Notes under the pieces: model-generated
Database searches by the model: none
The model's input: the letters and a program-made list of their open reading frames with translations, nothing else
Told to the model about the DNA's origin: nothing
Position numbers and translations under genes: made by a program
Source of the DNA: Deltaproteobacteria bacterium
GTDB lineage: Bacteria > Myxococcota_A > UBA9160 > SMWR01
Direction of reading: 5' to 3'
DNA: 64,000 nt
NCBI GenBank assembly: GCA_032128375.1
Contig: JAQBGU010000183.1
Location: 15,087 to 79,086 of the forward strand
Shown here: in pieces, positions 1 through 10,066 of the stretch
Numbering within the stretch: the stretch's first letter is position 1
Layout of the letters: each line of letters starts with the position of its first letter

Positions 1-270
1 CAGGTCGATCGCCGCCTCGGCGAAACGCTCTCCGAGGCATACATCCAGCGCAGCCAGCTCGCGAATCGCACTGATCGGCGCCCCGTCGTCCGCGGGCGCC
101 ACGCGACCGGCCGCGAGACGGTGAATGTTTTCCTGGAGTTCGGGCGGATACGGCGTCTCACTGAATGCGATCAGCCGAAACGGTTTCGGGGCGGTATCCG
201 AAGTCCATTCGACCAGGGCCGCATCGACCCCATCCGCGGACGTTCCGGACATCAAGCCAATGATGCGCAT
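1..270 (-). CDS. anmK: Anhydro-N-acetylmuramic acid kinase, N-terminal part (runs off the window edge)
   Basis: Manual translation from ATG at 270 gives MRIIGLMSGTSADGVDAALV, the AnmK GLMSGTSxDGxD signature. The frame is open to position 1 and is absent from the ORF track. Confidence 0.92.
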   Translation of the reverse strand, partial: MRIIGLMSGTSADGVDAALVEWTSDTAPKPFRLIAFSETPYPPELQENIHRLAAGRVAPADDGAPISAIRELAALDVCLGERFAEAAIDL

Positions 271-394
271 GCGACCAGCTTACCCCCGATTGCTACCCAG
301 ATTGCTGAGATCGGCTATTGATTGGCCTGCGATTGGGAATGACGCTGCGATCGGGTATCCGATTCACCCCCGCTTTGGTACCCGCGAAACACCG

Positions 395-424
395 ATTCGA
401 CGGGGTTCGACGGGATTTGACAGC
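395..424. repeat. Three imperfect 10-bp direct repeats (attcgacggg/gttcgacggg/atttgacagc) in the anmK/GT-cluster divergent region
   Basis: Read directly from the sequence. Confidence 0.55.
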
Positions 425-513
425 AACGACCACGACCCGGAGTATTCGGGCCGCTTCGAATTCTAAAATGTGGTAAAAATGCCACGATTCAGGCAAGGGA
501 AAATGGAGGGCGA

Positions 514-819
514 ATGAACGACTCGTCGCGGACCCAAGGGGGTCTGATCTGTATCGGTGTAGTGATCGTGGGAGCGTGGTTTCTGCTCGCCGTGTTGCAG
601 GGAAGTTATTGGGCACTCGCCCTCCCGGTCTCGATCATCGTGTTCTTCGTGCTCGGACTGATTTTCTGGATCGGATATACGATCGCAACGATTCGGGTAG
701 AGCCGGCCGACGAGTTCGACGAACTCGCCCCTCCACAAGCCCCAGACTCCGCCTACGACAGTGCCGCAGCCGACTCTGCAACTTCGACCGCGGGCTCAAC
801 CGGCGACACGGCCGGTTGA
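514..819 (+). CDS. Small two-TM membrane protein with an acidic, low-complexity tail
   Basis: GGAGG RBS, two hydrophobic segments, lies 10 nt upstream of the GT gene. Confidence 0.75.
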   Translation: MNDSSRTQGGLICIGVVIVGAWFLLAVLQGSYWALALPVSIIVFFVLGLIFWIGYTIATIRVEPADEFDELAPPQAPDSAYDSAAADSATSTAGSTGDTAG

Positions 820-829
820 GACCAGACCC

Positions 830-2089
830 ATGCGGATCGCTTTACTCACTTATCGTGGAAATATGTATTGCGGCGGCCAGGGCATCTATGCCGCCTACCT
901 GGCGCGCGAATGGATGCGCGCCGGCCACGACGTGCATGTCTTCGCCGGCCCGCCCCTGCCCGAACTCGAAGACGGAATTCCGCTGCACGAGATTCCGAAT
1001 GACAATGTCTTCGGTGCGACGCACCCCGATTTCTTCGACCCCAACAAGAGATTCTCGCTCTTCAAACCGATGAGCTTGTGGGAACTCGGCGTATCTCGCC
1101 TCGGCGTGTTTCCCGAAATGCAGACCTTCGGCGTACGACTGATGATGCGTTGGCCGCGTCTGCAGGAGCGCCACCGCTTCGATATCGTGTTCGACAATCA
1201 ATGCCTCAGTTGGGGGCTGCTCGGCATCAAGGCGATGGGCGTGCCCGTGGTCTCGGTGATCCATCACCCGCTCCACATCGATCGCGAAGCCGATTACTCG
1301 ATCGATCGCCGGCTTTCGAAGAAGATCAAGCGCACGCTGTACTTTCCGCTCTTCATGCAGCAGCAGGTCGCACCGCGCCTCGACAAGATCGTAACCGTCA
1401 GCGAGGCGTCGCGCGTCGAGATCGAGCGCTACTTCGGAATCCCTCAGAAAAACATTTCGGTCGTATACAACGGTACCGACACCGAAATATTTCATCCCGT
1501 GGACGAAGTCGAAAAGGAAACCGATCTCCTGTTCGTCGGCCGAACAGAAGATCGCAAAAAAGGCATCGGAACCCTGCTCGAAGCACTGGGCATGCTGCCG
1601 AAGTCGATCCGACTGAAGATCGTAGACGGACGCATTCCGCCTGACGGTTTGGTTCCCAATCTGATCCGGCGATACCATCTCGAAGGCCGTGTGAAGATCA
1701 TCGACGAGATGCTCAAACTCGATGACCTCGTCGCGCAGTACTCGAGCGCACGCATTGCGCTGGTCCCGTCGTTCTTCGAGGGTTTTGGCTTCCCGGCCAG
1801 CGAGGCAATGGCCTGCGGGCTGCCCGTCATTGCCAACGCGGCGGGTGCACTGCCGGAGGTGGTCGGCACCGACGGACAGTCCGGTATTCTCGTCCCGCCC
1901 CGCGACGCCCGCGCGATGGCAGCAGCGATCGCCAAGGTGCTCGCGGAACCGGGCCTCGCCGAACGAATGGGACGCAGCGCGCGCTGCCGGATTCAGCGCG
2001 TGTTCAAATGGAGCGACGCCGCGGCCGGGCTGGTGGACGTGTTCGAGGAGACGCTGCATGCTGCTCACCGTCGACCTCGAGCGGCTTAG
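830..2089 (+). CDS. Glycosyltransferase family 4 (GT-B)
   Basis: MRIALLTYRG..GGQG N-terminus and PSFFEGFGFPASEAMACG (EX7E) motif. Start moved to ATG 830. Confidence 0.92.
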   Translation: MRIALLTYRGNMYCGGQGIYAAYLAREWMRAGHDVHVFAGPPLPELEDGIPLHEIPNDNVFGATHPDFFDPNKRFSLFKPMSLWELGVSRLGVFPEMQTFGVRLMMRWPRLQERHRFDIVFDNQCLSWGLLGIKAMGVPVVSVIHHPLHIDREADYSIDRRLSKKIKRTLYFPLFMQQQVAPRLDKIVTVSEASRVEIERYFGIPQKNISVVYNGTDTEIFHPVDEVEKETDLLFVGRTEDRKKGIGTLLEALGMLPKSIRLKIVDGRIPPDGLVPNLIRRYHLEGRVKIIDEMLKLDDLVAQYSSARIALVPSFFEGFGFPASEAMACGLPVIANAAGALPEVVGTDGQSGILVPPRDARAMAAAIAKVLAEPGLAERMGRSARCRIQRVFKWSDAAAGLVDVFEETLHAAHRRPRAA

Positions 2090-2780
2090 GCTTCGCCCCG
2101 GCGAGCGACTCCTCGACGCGGGATGCGGCGAGGGGCGCCACTGTTTCGGTGCGCTCGAACGCGGCGCGCGAGTCGTGGGTCTCGATCTCGATCGCGGCTC
2201 GCTGAAGATGGGGTCCGGTGCGCTGCGCAGCCGCGCCACGGAACTCGGCTCGTTCGGGGCAATGATTCACGGTAATACCTTTGCGCTGCCGTTTGCCGAT
2301 GAAAGCTTCCACAAGGTCATCTGCTCCGAAGTCATGGAGCACGTCCATGACTACCGCGCAGCTGCGCGCGAACTCGCGCGCGTGACCCGCCGCGGCGGGA
2401 TGGTGGCTGTCACGATTCCGACAGCGACCAGCGAGAATCTCTACCTTCGCGTCGGAGACGACTACTTCGAGTCGCCAGGCGGCCACATCCGCATCTTCCG
2501 GCCGCGACAACTCGCACTCGGGCTCGCTGAAGCCGGACTCGCCACCGTCGGCGTCGGGTTCGCGCACGCCCTTCACACCCCGTACTGGGTGCTGCGTTCG
2601 ATCGCCGGCCTACCCAAGGCCGACGCATCCGCGCTCGTCCGCGGATACCGGCTGCTGTTGCTCCGCGCAACAGGGTCGCGGTTCATGACAGCCGTGGAAC
2701 GGATGCTCAACTACTGCTTTCCGAAGAGCCTGATCCTGTACGCGGAGAAGCGAGACAACGCCTCCGTGCCAGCTCACTGA
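2058..2780 (+). CDS. Class I SAM-dependent methyltransferase
   Basis: LLDAGCGEGRH motif I, LPFAD, ICSEVMEHV. ATG 2058 overlaps the end of the GT gene. Confidence 0.9.
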   Translation: MLLTVDLERLRLRPGERLLDAGCGEGRHCFGALERGARVVGLDLDRGSLKMGSGALRSRATELGSFGAMIHGNTFALPFADESFHKVICSEVMEHVHDYRAAARELARVTRRGGMVAVTIPTATSENLYLRVGDDYFESPGGHIRIFRPRQLALGLAEAGLATVGVGFAHALHTPYWVLRSIAGLPKADASALVRGYRLLLLRATGSRFMTAVERMLNYCFPKSLILYAEKRDNASVPAH

Positions 2781-2784
2781 GACG

Positions 2785-4137
2785 ATGGGCCGAAAGCTCC
2801 GAATCGGATTCGTTGCGTATCGCGGCAACATGCACTGCGGCGGACAGGGCGTATACCTGTGGTTTCTGGCGCGCGAACTGGCGAAACTCGGCCACCAGGT
2901 CGATGTATTCGTCGGGCCGCCCTACCCCGACCCGATGCCGTTTGTGCGCTCAGTCACGCAGGTGCCGAACGAGGAATTCTGGGCAAAATGGTTCATGGGC
3001 GATCGTTACGCATTCTTGCCGCGCGATCGACCCTTGCGGATTTTCGAGCCGCTGAACCTGTATGAACTCTGCGCGAGCCGCGCGGGCTTCCTACCGGAAC
3101 CGTTCGCGTTCAGCGTCCGCGCATTCGCGGCGATCGCGGCGCGCTTGCGTGCCGGAGTCCGCTACGACGTGATCCACGACGTCCAGTGTCTGGGCTATGG
3201 GATTCTCGGTATCCGACAGCTCGGCATGCCGGTTGTAACGACGGTCCATCATCCACTGACTGTCGACCGGCGCTCGTCGTTCATCCGCGCCGACACTTTC
3301 CGCGATGCGGTGGGGACCATGAAGTTCTATCCGATTGGAATGCAGCGGTTCGTCGCGCAGCGCATCGACGCGCTTTTCACCTCCTCCGCGGTCAGCGCCC
3401 GACAAATAGAGCTGGACTTCGGCCTAGCGTCCGACAGGATCCACATGGTGGCCAACGGCGTCGACACGAACCTATACAGCGAGAACCCGGCGTCACCGCG
3501 CAACGAAGACGAAATCCTTTGTGTGGGGCGCGCATCCGACCCGAACAAGGGCATCGGCACACTGATCGGTGCGTTGGCCAAATTGCCGCGAAGGATTCGG
3601 CTCACGCTCGTTGACAACGACCACCCGGACAGCTCAGCGCGACGCCGCGCGCGTGAGCTCGGCTGCGAGGACCGGCTCGAGATCACCGGGCGCATCGAAA
3701 CTGACGAACTGGTCGCCCTGTACCGACGCGCAGCGCTGGTCGTCGTGCCGTCTCGCTACGAGGGTTTCGGCTTGCCGGCGGTGGAAGCGATGGCGTGTGG
3801 TACGCCGGTGGTCGCCTGCGCGGCGGGAGCGCTGACCGAAGTCATCGGGGTGGGCGGCGGCGGAATCCTGGTAGCGCGTGACGACCCCAGTGCACTTGCG
3901 CGGGGCATCATGGAACTGATCGACCAGCCGGGCAGACGCCGCGAACTCGGTCGAGCCGCCAGCCGACGGATCACGCAGGCGTATGCGTGGCCCCGCGTGG
4001 CCGAACGAACCGCGTCGATCTACGGCGAGATCGTCGACACGTTTCGAGCGACGCGCGGGCGGCCCGCCAACACGATGACATCCGACAGCGCCGGAAAGAG
4101 TCGAGCGAGCCGATCGAGCGTTTCGAGTGTCGCTTGA
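2785..4137 (+). CDS. Glycosyltransferase family 4, paralogue of 830..2089
   Basis: YRGNMHCGGQG and PSRYEGFGLPAVEAMACG motifs. Confidence 0.92.
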   Translation: MGRKLRIGFVAYRGNMHCGGQGVYLWFLARELAKLGHQVDVFVGPPYPDPMPFVRSVTQVPNEEFWAKWFMGDRYAFLPRDRPLRIFEPLNLYELCASRAGFLPEPFAFSVRAFAAIAARLRAGVRYDVIHDVQCLGYGILGIRQLGMPVVTTVHHPLTVDRRSSFIRADTFRDAVGTMKFYPIGMQRFVAQRIDALFTSSAVSARQIELDFGLASDRIHMVANGVDTNLYSENPASPRNEDEILCVGRASDPNKGIGTLIGALAKLPRRIRLTLVDNDHPDSSARRRARELGCEDRLEITGRIETDELVALYRRAALVVVPSRYEGFGLPAVEAMACGTPVVACAAGALTEVIGVGGGGILVARDDPSALARGIMELIDQPGRRRELGRAASRRITQAYAWPRVAERTASIYGEIVDTFRATRGRPANTMTSDSAGKSRASRSSVSSVA

Positions 4138-4823
4138 GCCACGGGCGGTGGCAGCTTGTCGACCGAGCGCGTCCACACCGGCAACCCCCATCCCATCGAA
4201 ATACCTTCGACGACTTCGAGGTCCAGGAAAGCCGACGCCTGCTCCCGCATCAGGTCCAACTCGTAGCGCGTGAAGTGGTCGCTGGGAACGTCGTAGTGAC
4301 GACGCCCACGTGGTGTCGGCCTTTCGAGCCAGCGCTCGCGAATCCAGTCCAGCCCGCGCGCCGCGCGGCAGGACAGCGAATCGAAGTTCGCGATCGCCAG
4401 CACCACCCGACCGTCAGGCCGGGTCACCCTTGCCATTTCGCCGATTGCTTGGGCGGGGCGATCAAAGTGATCGAGCGCTCCCTTGCAAATCACTCCGTCG
4501 AAGCTGTCGTCGGCGAACGGAAGTGCGTCGCCCCAGCTGCGAATCCAGATCGGCTCGGGACCGGTCGCTTTTTGGGCCAGCATGCGCGCCAACGCCGACA
4601 TCCGGAATGACGGCTCGGCCCCCACCGACCAGGCTCCACGACTCGCCAGAGCGATCGCATCCTGGCCGAAACCGCTGGCGACGTCCAGCACGCGGCGGCC
4701 GCTTGCAGGCCGCGCGCAGTCCAGCGTGGCCTGGGTCATCCGCGCGAACAGGTATTCGCTGTCCTTCGTGGTCCCCGTGGGGATTACGTCGCGCATGTCT
4801 CGATCGAGGTCGACGACTCTCAT
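4020..4823 (-). CDS. Class I SAM-dependent methyltransferase (UbiE-like fold)
   Basis: VLDVASGFG, DALPFADDSFD, EMARVTRPDG. Its 3' end overlaps the second GT convergently by 118 bp. Start uncertain. Confidence 0.85.
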   Translation of the reverse strand: MRVVDLDRDMRDVIPTGTTKDSEYLFARMTQATLDCARPASGRRVLDVASGFGQDAIALASRGAWSVGAEPSFRMSALARMLAQKATGPEPIWIRSWGDALPFADDSFDGVICKGALDHFDRPAQAIGEMARVTRPDGRVVLAIANFDSLSCRAARGLDWIRERWLERPTPRGRRHYDVPSDHFTRYELDLMREQASAFLDLEVVEGISMGWGLPVWTRSVDKLPPPVAQATLETLDRLARLFPALSDVIVLAGRPRVARNVSTISP

Positions 4824-5049
4824 CAGGCGGCGCACTCTAGCCCAACCTGTGAATCGATCGATTCTGGATCCAATCCAGCCTTGCCGGACGCATTGCCAGG
4901 GAGCCTCCGAATGGCCTCCCAGAATCGCAGTCGAGCCGCAATTGCAGGCGCAAGCTGTTGATCTAATGGAAATCTCATGCGCTCAGTCGCGCGGAAAACA
5001 GCGCAGGCGGACTCGATCGTTCCCGCACAGGCGATATGCTCTATGGTTC

Positions 5050-6309
5050 ATGGCGGATTCTCTGTCAGCCAGCTCTGGGTCGTTGTCTCCCTCGGTCGCT
5101 GAAGTGGGAGTCACCACGTTCGACCGAATCGCGTCATTCCGGGTGGTCTACCTGGCGATCTTCGTGTTCGCCGCGCTCTACGTCGTTAGCCTGGATGTCG
5201 CCGAAATGTTGCTGCAGAGCCATTTCGAACTGGAAGTCCGGCGGGCGCTGCTGGTGAACCCGGCGGACGGTCCGGTGATCCCACAAATCCAGCAACGTAT
5301 TCGGCGCGTGACGCGATCTTCACCGTGGATCACCTTAGGCGAAGCTCGCGTCAGCATCCATGTCTATGGGGCCGACGGTGTGACGCCGTTGTTCTTGGAG
5401 GGGCGCTCGATTCCACCGCCACTGGCGTTCGACCCGGTCTCCGCGATGAAAGAAGCCGTTCGGTTGCTGCCGGCCAGTTACTCGATCGACGTATCGGTTC
5501 CGCCGACCGGAGTACTCGCGATCGGTATCCTCGTCGCCTATGGGACGGTGCTCATCACGACGCTTTTTTTCTACAACCGCGCCGTCGCCAGCCGCGAGAG
5601 TATTCGGCTCGAGTCAGCGCTCGGCGCTCGCGAAGCATCGCTGATGCGTATGCACGGGATCGAATCCGAACTCGAAGAAGTCAGCCAACGGCTGCGCAGC
5701 GTCGAACCGAGCGAACAGGCCCACGCCGAAGAAATCAAGTCGTTGCAGCGCGAACGCTCATCGCTGCAGGCGAAGCTCGACGTCTTGGCCAGCCGCGAGG
5801 GCGAGCTCCGGCAGCGTGCTGCGCGCTCGATCGAATTGGACCAGGAGCGACAGGCGCTCGAGGAACTGCTCGAAGAGGCCAGTGAGGACCTGGGAAGCAA
5901 GGAGGAGGAGATACGCAACCTCCAAAACCGACTCAAACTCGCTACCAAGAGTTCTGGCGGGGGGCAGCGAACTCGCGGCGTGGATCAACTCGCGCGCCGG
6001 CTGCGCACGCTCTACAAGACGATCGAGATCGACGACCATGCCATGGCGGACATCGTCGCGCTGCGCGACGAGACCATGAAGCTGAAGGCAGAAGAAGGCA
6101 TCAAGCGTCTGTGCGACGAATCCTCGCTGACGACGATTCGGCGCAAGGTGGGGGGGCTACCGCCTCACCTCACAATCTACGAATTGGGTTTCGCGGGCAA
6201 GGGCCGAATTTACTACTCGCGCGGGCGCACGCAGCGCTTTCGTATCCTGCTGATCGGCGCCAAGAACTCTCAGAATACAGATCTCGAATATCTGAGCCGG
6301 CTCGATTGA
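5050..6309 (+). CDS. Two-TM membrane protein with a long coiled coil and a C-terminal RelE/HigB-like domain
   Basis: TMs VVYLAIFVFAALYVVSL and GVLAIGILVAYGTVLITTLFFY, an E/L/R-rich heptad region, and the tail IYELGFAGKGRIYY...RILLIGAKNSQNTDL. The CDS is confident; the RelE call is by motif resemblance only. Confidence 0.7.
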   Translation: MADSLSASSGSLSPSVAEVGVTTFDRIASFRVVYLAIFVFAALYVVSLDVAEMLLQSHFELEVRRALLVNPADGPVIPQIQQRIRRVTRSSPWITLGEARVSIHVYGADGVTPLFLEGRSIPPPLAFDPVSAMKEAVRLLPASYSIDVSVPPTGVLAIGILVAYGTVLITTLFFYNRAVASRESIRLESALGAREASLMRMHGIESELEEVSQRLRSVEPSEQAHAEEIKSLQRERSSLQAKLDVLASREGELRQRAARSIELDQERQALEELLEEASEDLGSKEEEIRNLQNRLKLATKSSGGGQRTRGVDQLARRLRTLYKTIEIDDHAMADIVALRDETMKLKAEEGIKRLCDESSLTTIRRKVGGLPPHLTIYELGFAGKGRIYYSRGRTQRFRILLIGAKNSQNTDLEYLSRLD

Positions 6310-6330
6310 CCGGGAGGCGATCCCTGCGAG

Positions 6331-6750
6331 CTACCAGCTGGTGGACGGCTGAGAGGGCAGGAGTGCTGCCGGCGCTAGACAATTGCGTAGTGTCGCCTTC
6401 AGGCGAACATCGTCCCAGGGTTTCGTGATTAGCGCGCGCACACCGACCTCGCTGAGCCGGTCACGCGGTATTTCCTCTGTCCAACCTGTAATCAATAGCA
6501 GCACGACACCCGGTTGCAGTACTCGCGCGCGGCTCAGCAGCTGCATCCCACTCATACCCGGCATCTTGTGGTCTGACATGACCGCATCGAATCGGCGCTC
6601 CCCGAGCAGGCGCAACGCCGCTTCGGGTGTCTCGGCTGTGACGATCTCATACCCCTCCTTGCGCAGCGCCCGCCGGAGCGCTGCGAGAATCCTCTCTTCG
6701 TCGTCGACCACCAACAGTGACGGTCTGGATCGGCTGTGTTCAGCGCCCAT
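6331..6750 (-). CDS. Single-domain response regulator
   Basis: LLVVDDE, SDHKMPGMSG, ITG, KPWD. Confidence 0.9.
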   Translation of the reverse strand: MGAEHSRSRPSLLVVDDEERILAALRRALRKEGYEIVTAETPEAALRLLGERRFDAVMSDHKMPGMSGMQLLSRARVLQPGVVLLLITGWTEEIPRDRLSEVGVRALITKPWDDVRLKATLRNCLAPAALLPSQPSTSW

Positions 6751-6752
6751 AC

Positions 6753-8396
6753 TCACTCTCCCAGTCTGTCGTTGCCGTTCGCCAAAGAAGTCGTTTGGGG
6801 CAGCGTCACGACGAATGTCGTCCGCTCGCCGGGCGTACTTTCTACGCGAATCGTACCGGCGTGACGCTCGACGATATTGAAGCAAGTGGAGAGTCCCAGA
6901 CCGGTACCGGCCCCGACCTGCTTGGTCGTGAAGAACGGGTCGAAGATCCGATCAAGATTCTCCGGCGCGATTCCGGTACCCGTATCGGTCACCGAAACGA
7001 CCACGCAACCGTCGCGATATTCGGTCTTCAGCCAGACGTTTCCCGTCTCCGGACCTTCACCCAGGCGCTCCTCGATCGCCTGGTAGGCGTTTACGAGCAG
7101 GTTCATAAACACCTGTTTCAGCTGCATCGGGAAGCACCAGACTTCGGGAAGCTCCTGATATTGCCTGTCGAGCACCACCAGGTGCTTCATCATCGGCCAG
7201 ACGATATTCGCGGTCGAGTCGAGACACAGGTTCACGTCGGAGAGCACCCGGTTCTCGGTATCGTGGTGTGAAAAATCGCGCAGGTCGTGAACAATGTGCC
7301 GGATTCGCTCGGAACCCTCTTGCGATTCGCGGATGGCCTTCGCGAAGTCACTCAGCACGAAGTCCACGTCGGCCTCGGCGGTTCGAGCCGACAAGCTGTC
7401 TGCGCTCTTGCGGATCTCGGCCAGATCGCCCCGCTGTACGGTTTCCACCAGCGCGTCAACCCCTTCCCACACTTTTCGAAGATCGATCAGGTATTCAGCC
7501 ATTTGAAACAAATTGGCATGAATGAATCCCATCGGATTGTTGATTTCATGTGCCACCCCCGCGGCCAGCTGACCGATCGACGCCATTTTCTCAGTCTGCA
7601 GAAATTGGCGCTGCAGCTGCTTCATCTCCGTCAGATCAGAAAACACCGCAACCGCTCCGAGTCGCGTTCCGGAGGTATCGATGATCGGCGCACAGGAGAT
7701 CCCGATCGGAACCTCAGTCCCATCCGATCGGGTGATGACACTCTCGCCGCCCTTGAAGCGCGCGCCGGTCGACAGCGTTCGCGCGACGTGGATCTCGGTT
7801 GGATCGACCCCCACGAACCAATCCCACAAGGAACGGCCCAGCAGCGTGGCTTCGCTTTCGCCTAGCACCTGCTCGGCCGGCGGATTGCAGGTGGTGATGG
7901 CGCCGGCGTTGTCAACCACCAGCAGCGCGCTGTTGAGATTCTGGATGATGTTCTCGCTGTAACGCTCGAGATCGCGAATTCGCCGTTCGGCGACGCCTCG
8001 TTCGGTCGTGCGACGCCAGCGCTGGATCTGCTCGAGCGCAACAATGGGCAACACGTCTGCGAACTCGGGGCCCACGGTGACGCAGTCGGCGGCGCCGCGA
8101 ACGAATGCATCCAACGCGACAGACTCACTCGCCTGCCCGTTCACGGCGATGACTGGTGGGCCGACGTCGCGCAATGCGTCGAAAATCTTCGCGCGGTCGT
8201 CCCCGAGACTTTCGTGTACAACGACGAGGTCGACATCCCCATCGCGGCAACGTGCCAGACACGCGGCAGCGTCGTGGGTCACAGCAATGATCGCTTGTGG
8301 GCCGAGCCGTTCGAGCACGGCAACCGTATCGAAAGCAGCGCCGGCGCTCTGCCGGGACGCAACAACAACGATCTGGACCTCGGCATCCGCTTGCAT
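6753..8396 (-). CDS. Cytoplasmic histidine kinase: pseudo-receiver, PAS, HisKA, HATPase (NtrB-like)
   Basis: H box AHEINNP, N box [25 protein letters not shown]. The N-terminal REC-like domain has His (DLVVVH) at the phospho-Asp position. AGGAG RBS before ATG 8396. Confidence 0.9.
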   Translation of the reverse strand: MQADAEVQIVVVASRQSAGAAFDTVAVLERLGPQAIIAVTHDAAACLARCRDGDVDLVVVHESLGDDRAKIFDALRDVGPPVIAVNGQASESVALDAFVRGAADCVTVGPEFADVLPIVALEQIQRWRRTTERGVAERRIRDLERYSENIIQNLNSALLVVDNAGAITTCNPPAEQVLGESEATLLGRSLWDWFVGVDPTEIHVARTLSTGARFKGGESVITRSDGTEVPIGISCAPIIDTSGTRLGAVAVFSDLTEMKQLQRQFLQTEKMASIGQLAAGVAHEINNPMGFIHANLFQMAEYLIDLRKVWEGVDALVETVQRGDLAEIRKSADSLSARTAEADVDFVLSDFAKAIRESQEGSERIRHIVHDLRDFSHHDTENRVLSDVNLCLDSTANIVWPMMKHLVVLDRQYQELPEVWCFPMQLKQVFMNLLVNAYQAIEERLGEGPETGNVWLKTEYRDGCVVVSVTDTGTGIAPENLDRIFDPFFTTKQVGAGTGLGLSTCFNIVERHAGTIRVESTPGERTTFVVTLPQTTSLANGNDRLGE

Positions 8397-8501
8397 CACG
8401 CGGTGTGCTCCTGCCGGGGGGGCTGGGGGCGATTCGAATTCTGCGAGCCCGAGGTTATCCGATCGCCGCGGGCCAGCAAGCACCCGAGGCGCGGGGGCGC
8501 C

Positions 8502-9968
8502 CTAGCGCCTGACCGGGGGCGAGCCTTCGGCCGATCCGCCGAGCTGCGACACGACCCCAGCCCCGCCGCCTGCCGAGAGTCCGTGTTTGGCGAGTTTTCG
8601 GTACATCGTGCTCCGACCGATGCCGAGCAGGCGCGCGGCGCCGAATGCATCGCCATTACACTCTGCCAGTGCTCGCTCGATTACGCGGCGCTCATAGCTA
8701 TCGAGTGAGATCGGAAGATTGTGTGCAACCTCTTGAACAACGGCTCTCGGGGCGGCCCGCCGGCTCGTGAAATCGCAGGCACGCAGTCGCTGCGAGGTCG
8801 CCAGCGCCATCGCCGATTCGATCGTGTTCTCGAGTTCTCGGACGTTGCCGGGCCAATCGCATTCCATCAGGACCTCGAGCGCGTCGTCGTCCATGGCTTC
8901 GACGCGGGTGTTTTCGTTCCGGTACTTGCGCAGAAAATGCTGGGCCAGCAGCGGGATATCTTCGCGGCGCTGTCGCAGGCTCGGGATCTCGATACGGACC
9001 ACATTCAAGCGATAGAAGAGATCCATTCTAAAATCGCCCGCATCTACCATGGCCGCCAAATCGCGGTGGGTAGCGGAGATCACTCGGATGTCGACCGGCA
9101 ACGCGTGCGTTGCACCGACTGGCCGCACTTCTTTTTGCTGCAGCGCGCGCAGCAACTTGGCCTGAACACTTGGCGGAATTTCCCCGATCTCGTCGAGGAA
9201 TAACGAGCCAGCATCGGCGATTCGGAAAAGCCCTGGCGATCCGACCGCTCCGGTGAAGGCGCCCTTCTGATGGCCGAACAGTTCGCTTTCGATGATCGAC
9301 TCAGGCAGTGCGCCACAGTCGACAGGTACGAACGGCCCGGACGACCGAGGACTCGATCCGTGTATCGCGCTCGCGACGAGTTCTTTGCCGGTACCGCTCT
9401 CGCCCTGCAACAACACATGACTCTCGTTGTGGCGCAGGCTGTGCACGGTCCGAGCGAGCGCGCGCATCACCGGCGAGTTGCCGATCAACTCCGGAAGCGT
9501 GCTGCGCTCCCCAAGCTCTGCTTCGAGTTCCCTGTTGCGGCGGACCAAGCGTCGCCTTTCGAGCGCCTGGCTGACAGTGGTCCGAATGCGGTGAATATCG
9601 TCGAACGGCTTTTCCAGGTAGTCGAATGCGCCGCGACGAATGCAGCCCACGGCACTCTCGATCGTCCCGTGTCCGGTCATCATGATCACTTCGAATTCGG
9701 GTCGATCCCCCATCAGCCGGTCCAGTAGATCCAACCCGCTGGTCCGGCCCAGTTGAAGATCCAGAAGAATCACATCCAGATTGGGGTCTGTGAGATACGG
9801 CTCGGCTGCCTCGGCCGATTCCGCCAGCGCGACCCGATGCCCGGAACCCTCCAGAATGCGCCGCAGCGAGCTGAGCAGCAGCGGCTCGTCGTCGATTAGC
9901 AGCACCAGGTTCGATGGGTCAGCGCTCGGCAGCGAGCCCCAAGTTGAAGCCAGAGGGGAGGGATCCAT
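8502..9968 (-). CDS. Sigma54-dependent response regulator (NtrC/AtoC family)
   Basis: REC domain, GESGTGKE, GAFTGA, FLDEIGE, WPGNVREL, Fis-type HTH. Confidence 0.95.
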   Translation of the reverse strand: MDPSPLASTWGSLPSADPSNLVLLIDDEPLLLSSLRRILEGSGHRVALAESAEAAEPYLTDPNLDVILLDLQLGRTSGLDLLDRLMGDRPEFEVIMMTGHGTIESAVGCIRRGAFDYLEKPFDDIHRIRTTVSQALERRRLVRRNRELEAELGERSTLPELIGNSPVMRALARTVHSLRHNESHVLLQGESGTGKELVASAIHGSSPRSSGPFVPVDCGALPESIIESELFGHQKGAFTGAVGSPGLFRIADAGSLFLDEIGEIPPSVQAKLLRALQQKEVRPVGATHALPVDIRVISATHRDLAAMVDAGDFRMDLFYRLNVVRIEIPSLRQRREDIPLLAQHFLRKYRNENTRVEAMDDDALEVLMECDWPGNVRELENTIESAMALATSQRLRACDFTSRRAAPRAVVQEVAHNLPISLDSYERRVIERALAECNGDAFGAARLLGIGRSTMYRKLAKHGLSAGGGAGVVSQLGGSAEGSPPVRR

Positions 9969-10066
9969 GACTACCTCTATCGGTCCCGAATCCGGGACGC
10001 TTGAATGGCCCGGCAGGGCTCCCTAGACTCGCCTGAGCCCCCCTCCGCAACGCGGAGATAATCCCA

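Noticed and set aside
395..424. TTCGACGGGATTTG resembles the 5' part of tmRNA
   Set aside because: There is no properly placed GGGG acceptor strand and no matching T-arm/CCA end downstream. A coding gene starts at 514, and the match is part of a short tandem repeat.
842..2239. 465-aa antisense ORF, and similar long antisense ORFs opposite ald, lon, dinB, gap and dnaK
   Set aside because: These are shadows typical of high-GC codon bias opposite well-supported genes, with no recognisable motifs.
4483..5049. N-terminal 189 codons of the 608-aa track ORF
   Set aside because: Mostly the antisense shadow of the methyltransferase plus intergenic DNA. The protein-like sequence begins at ATG 5050.
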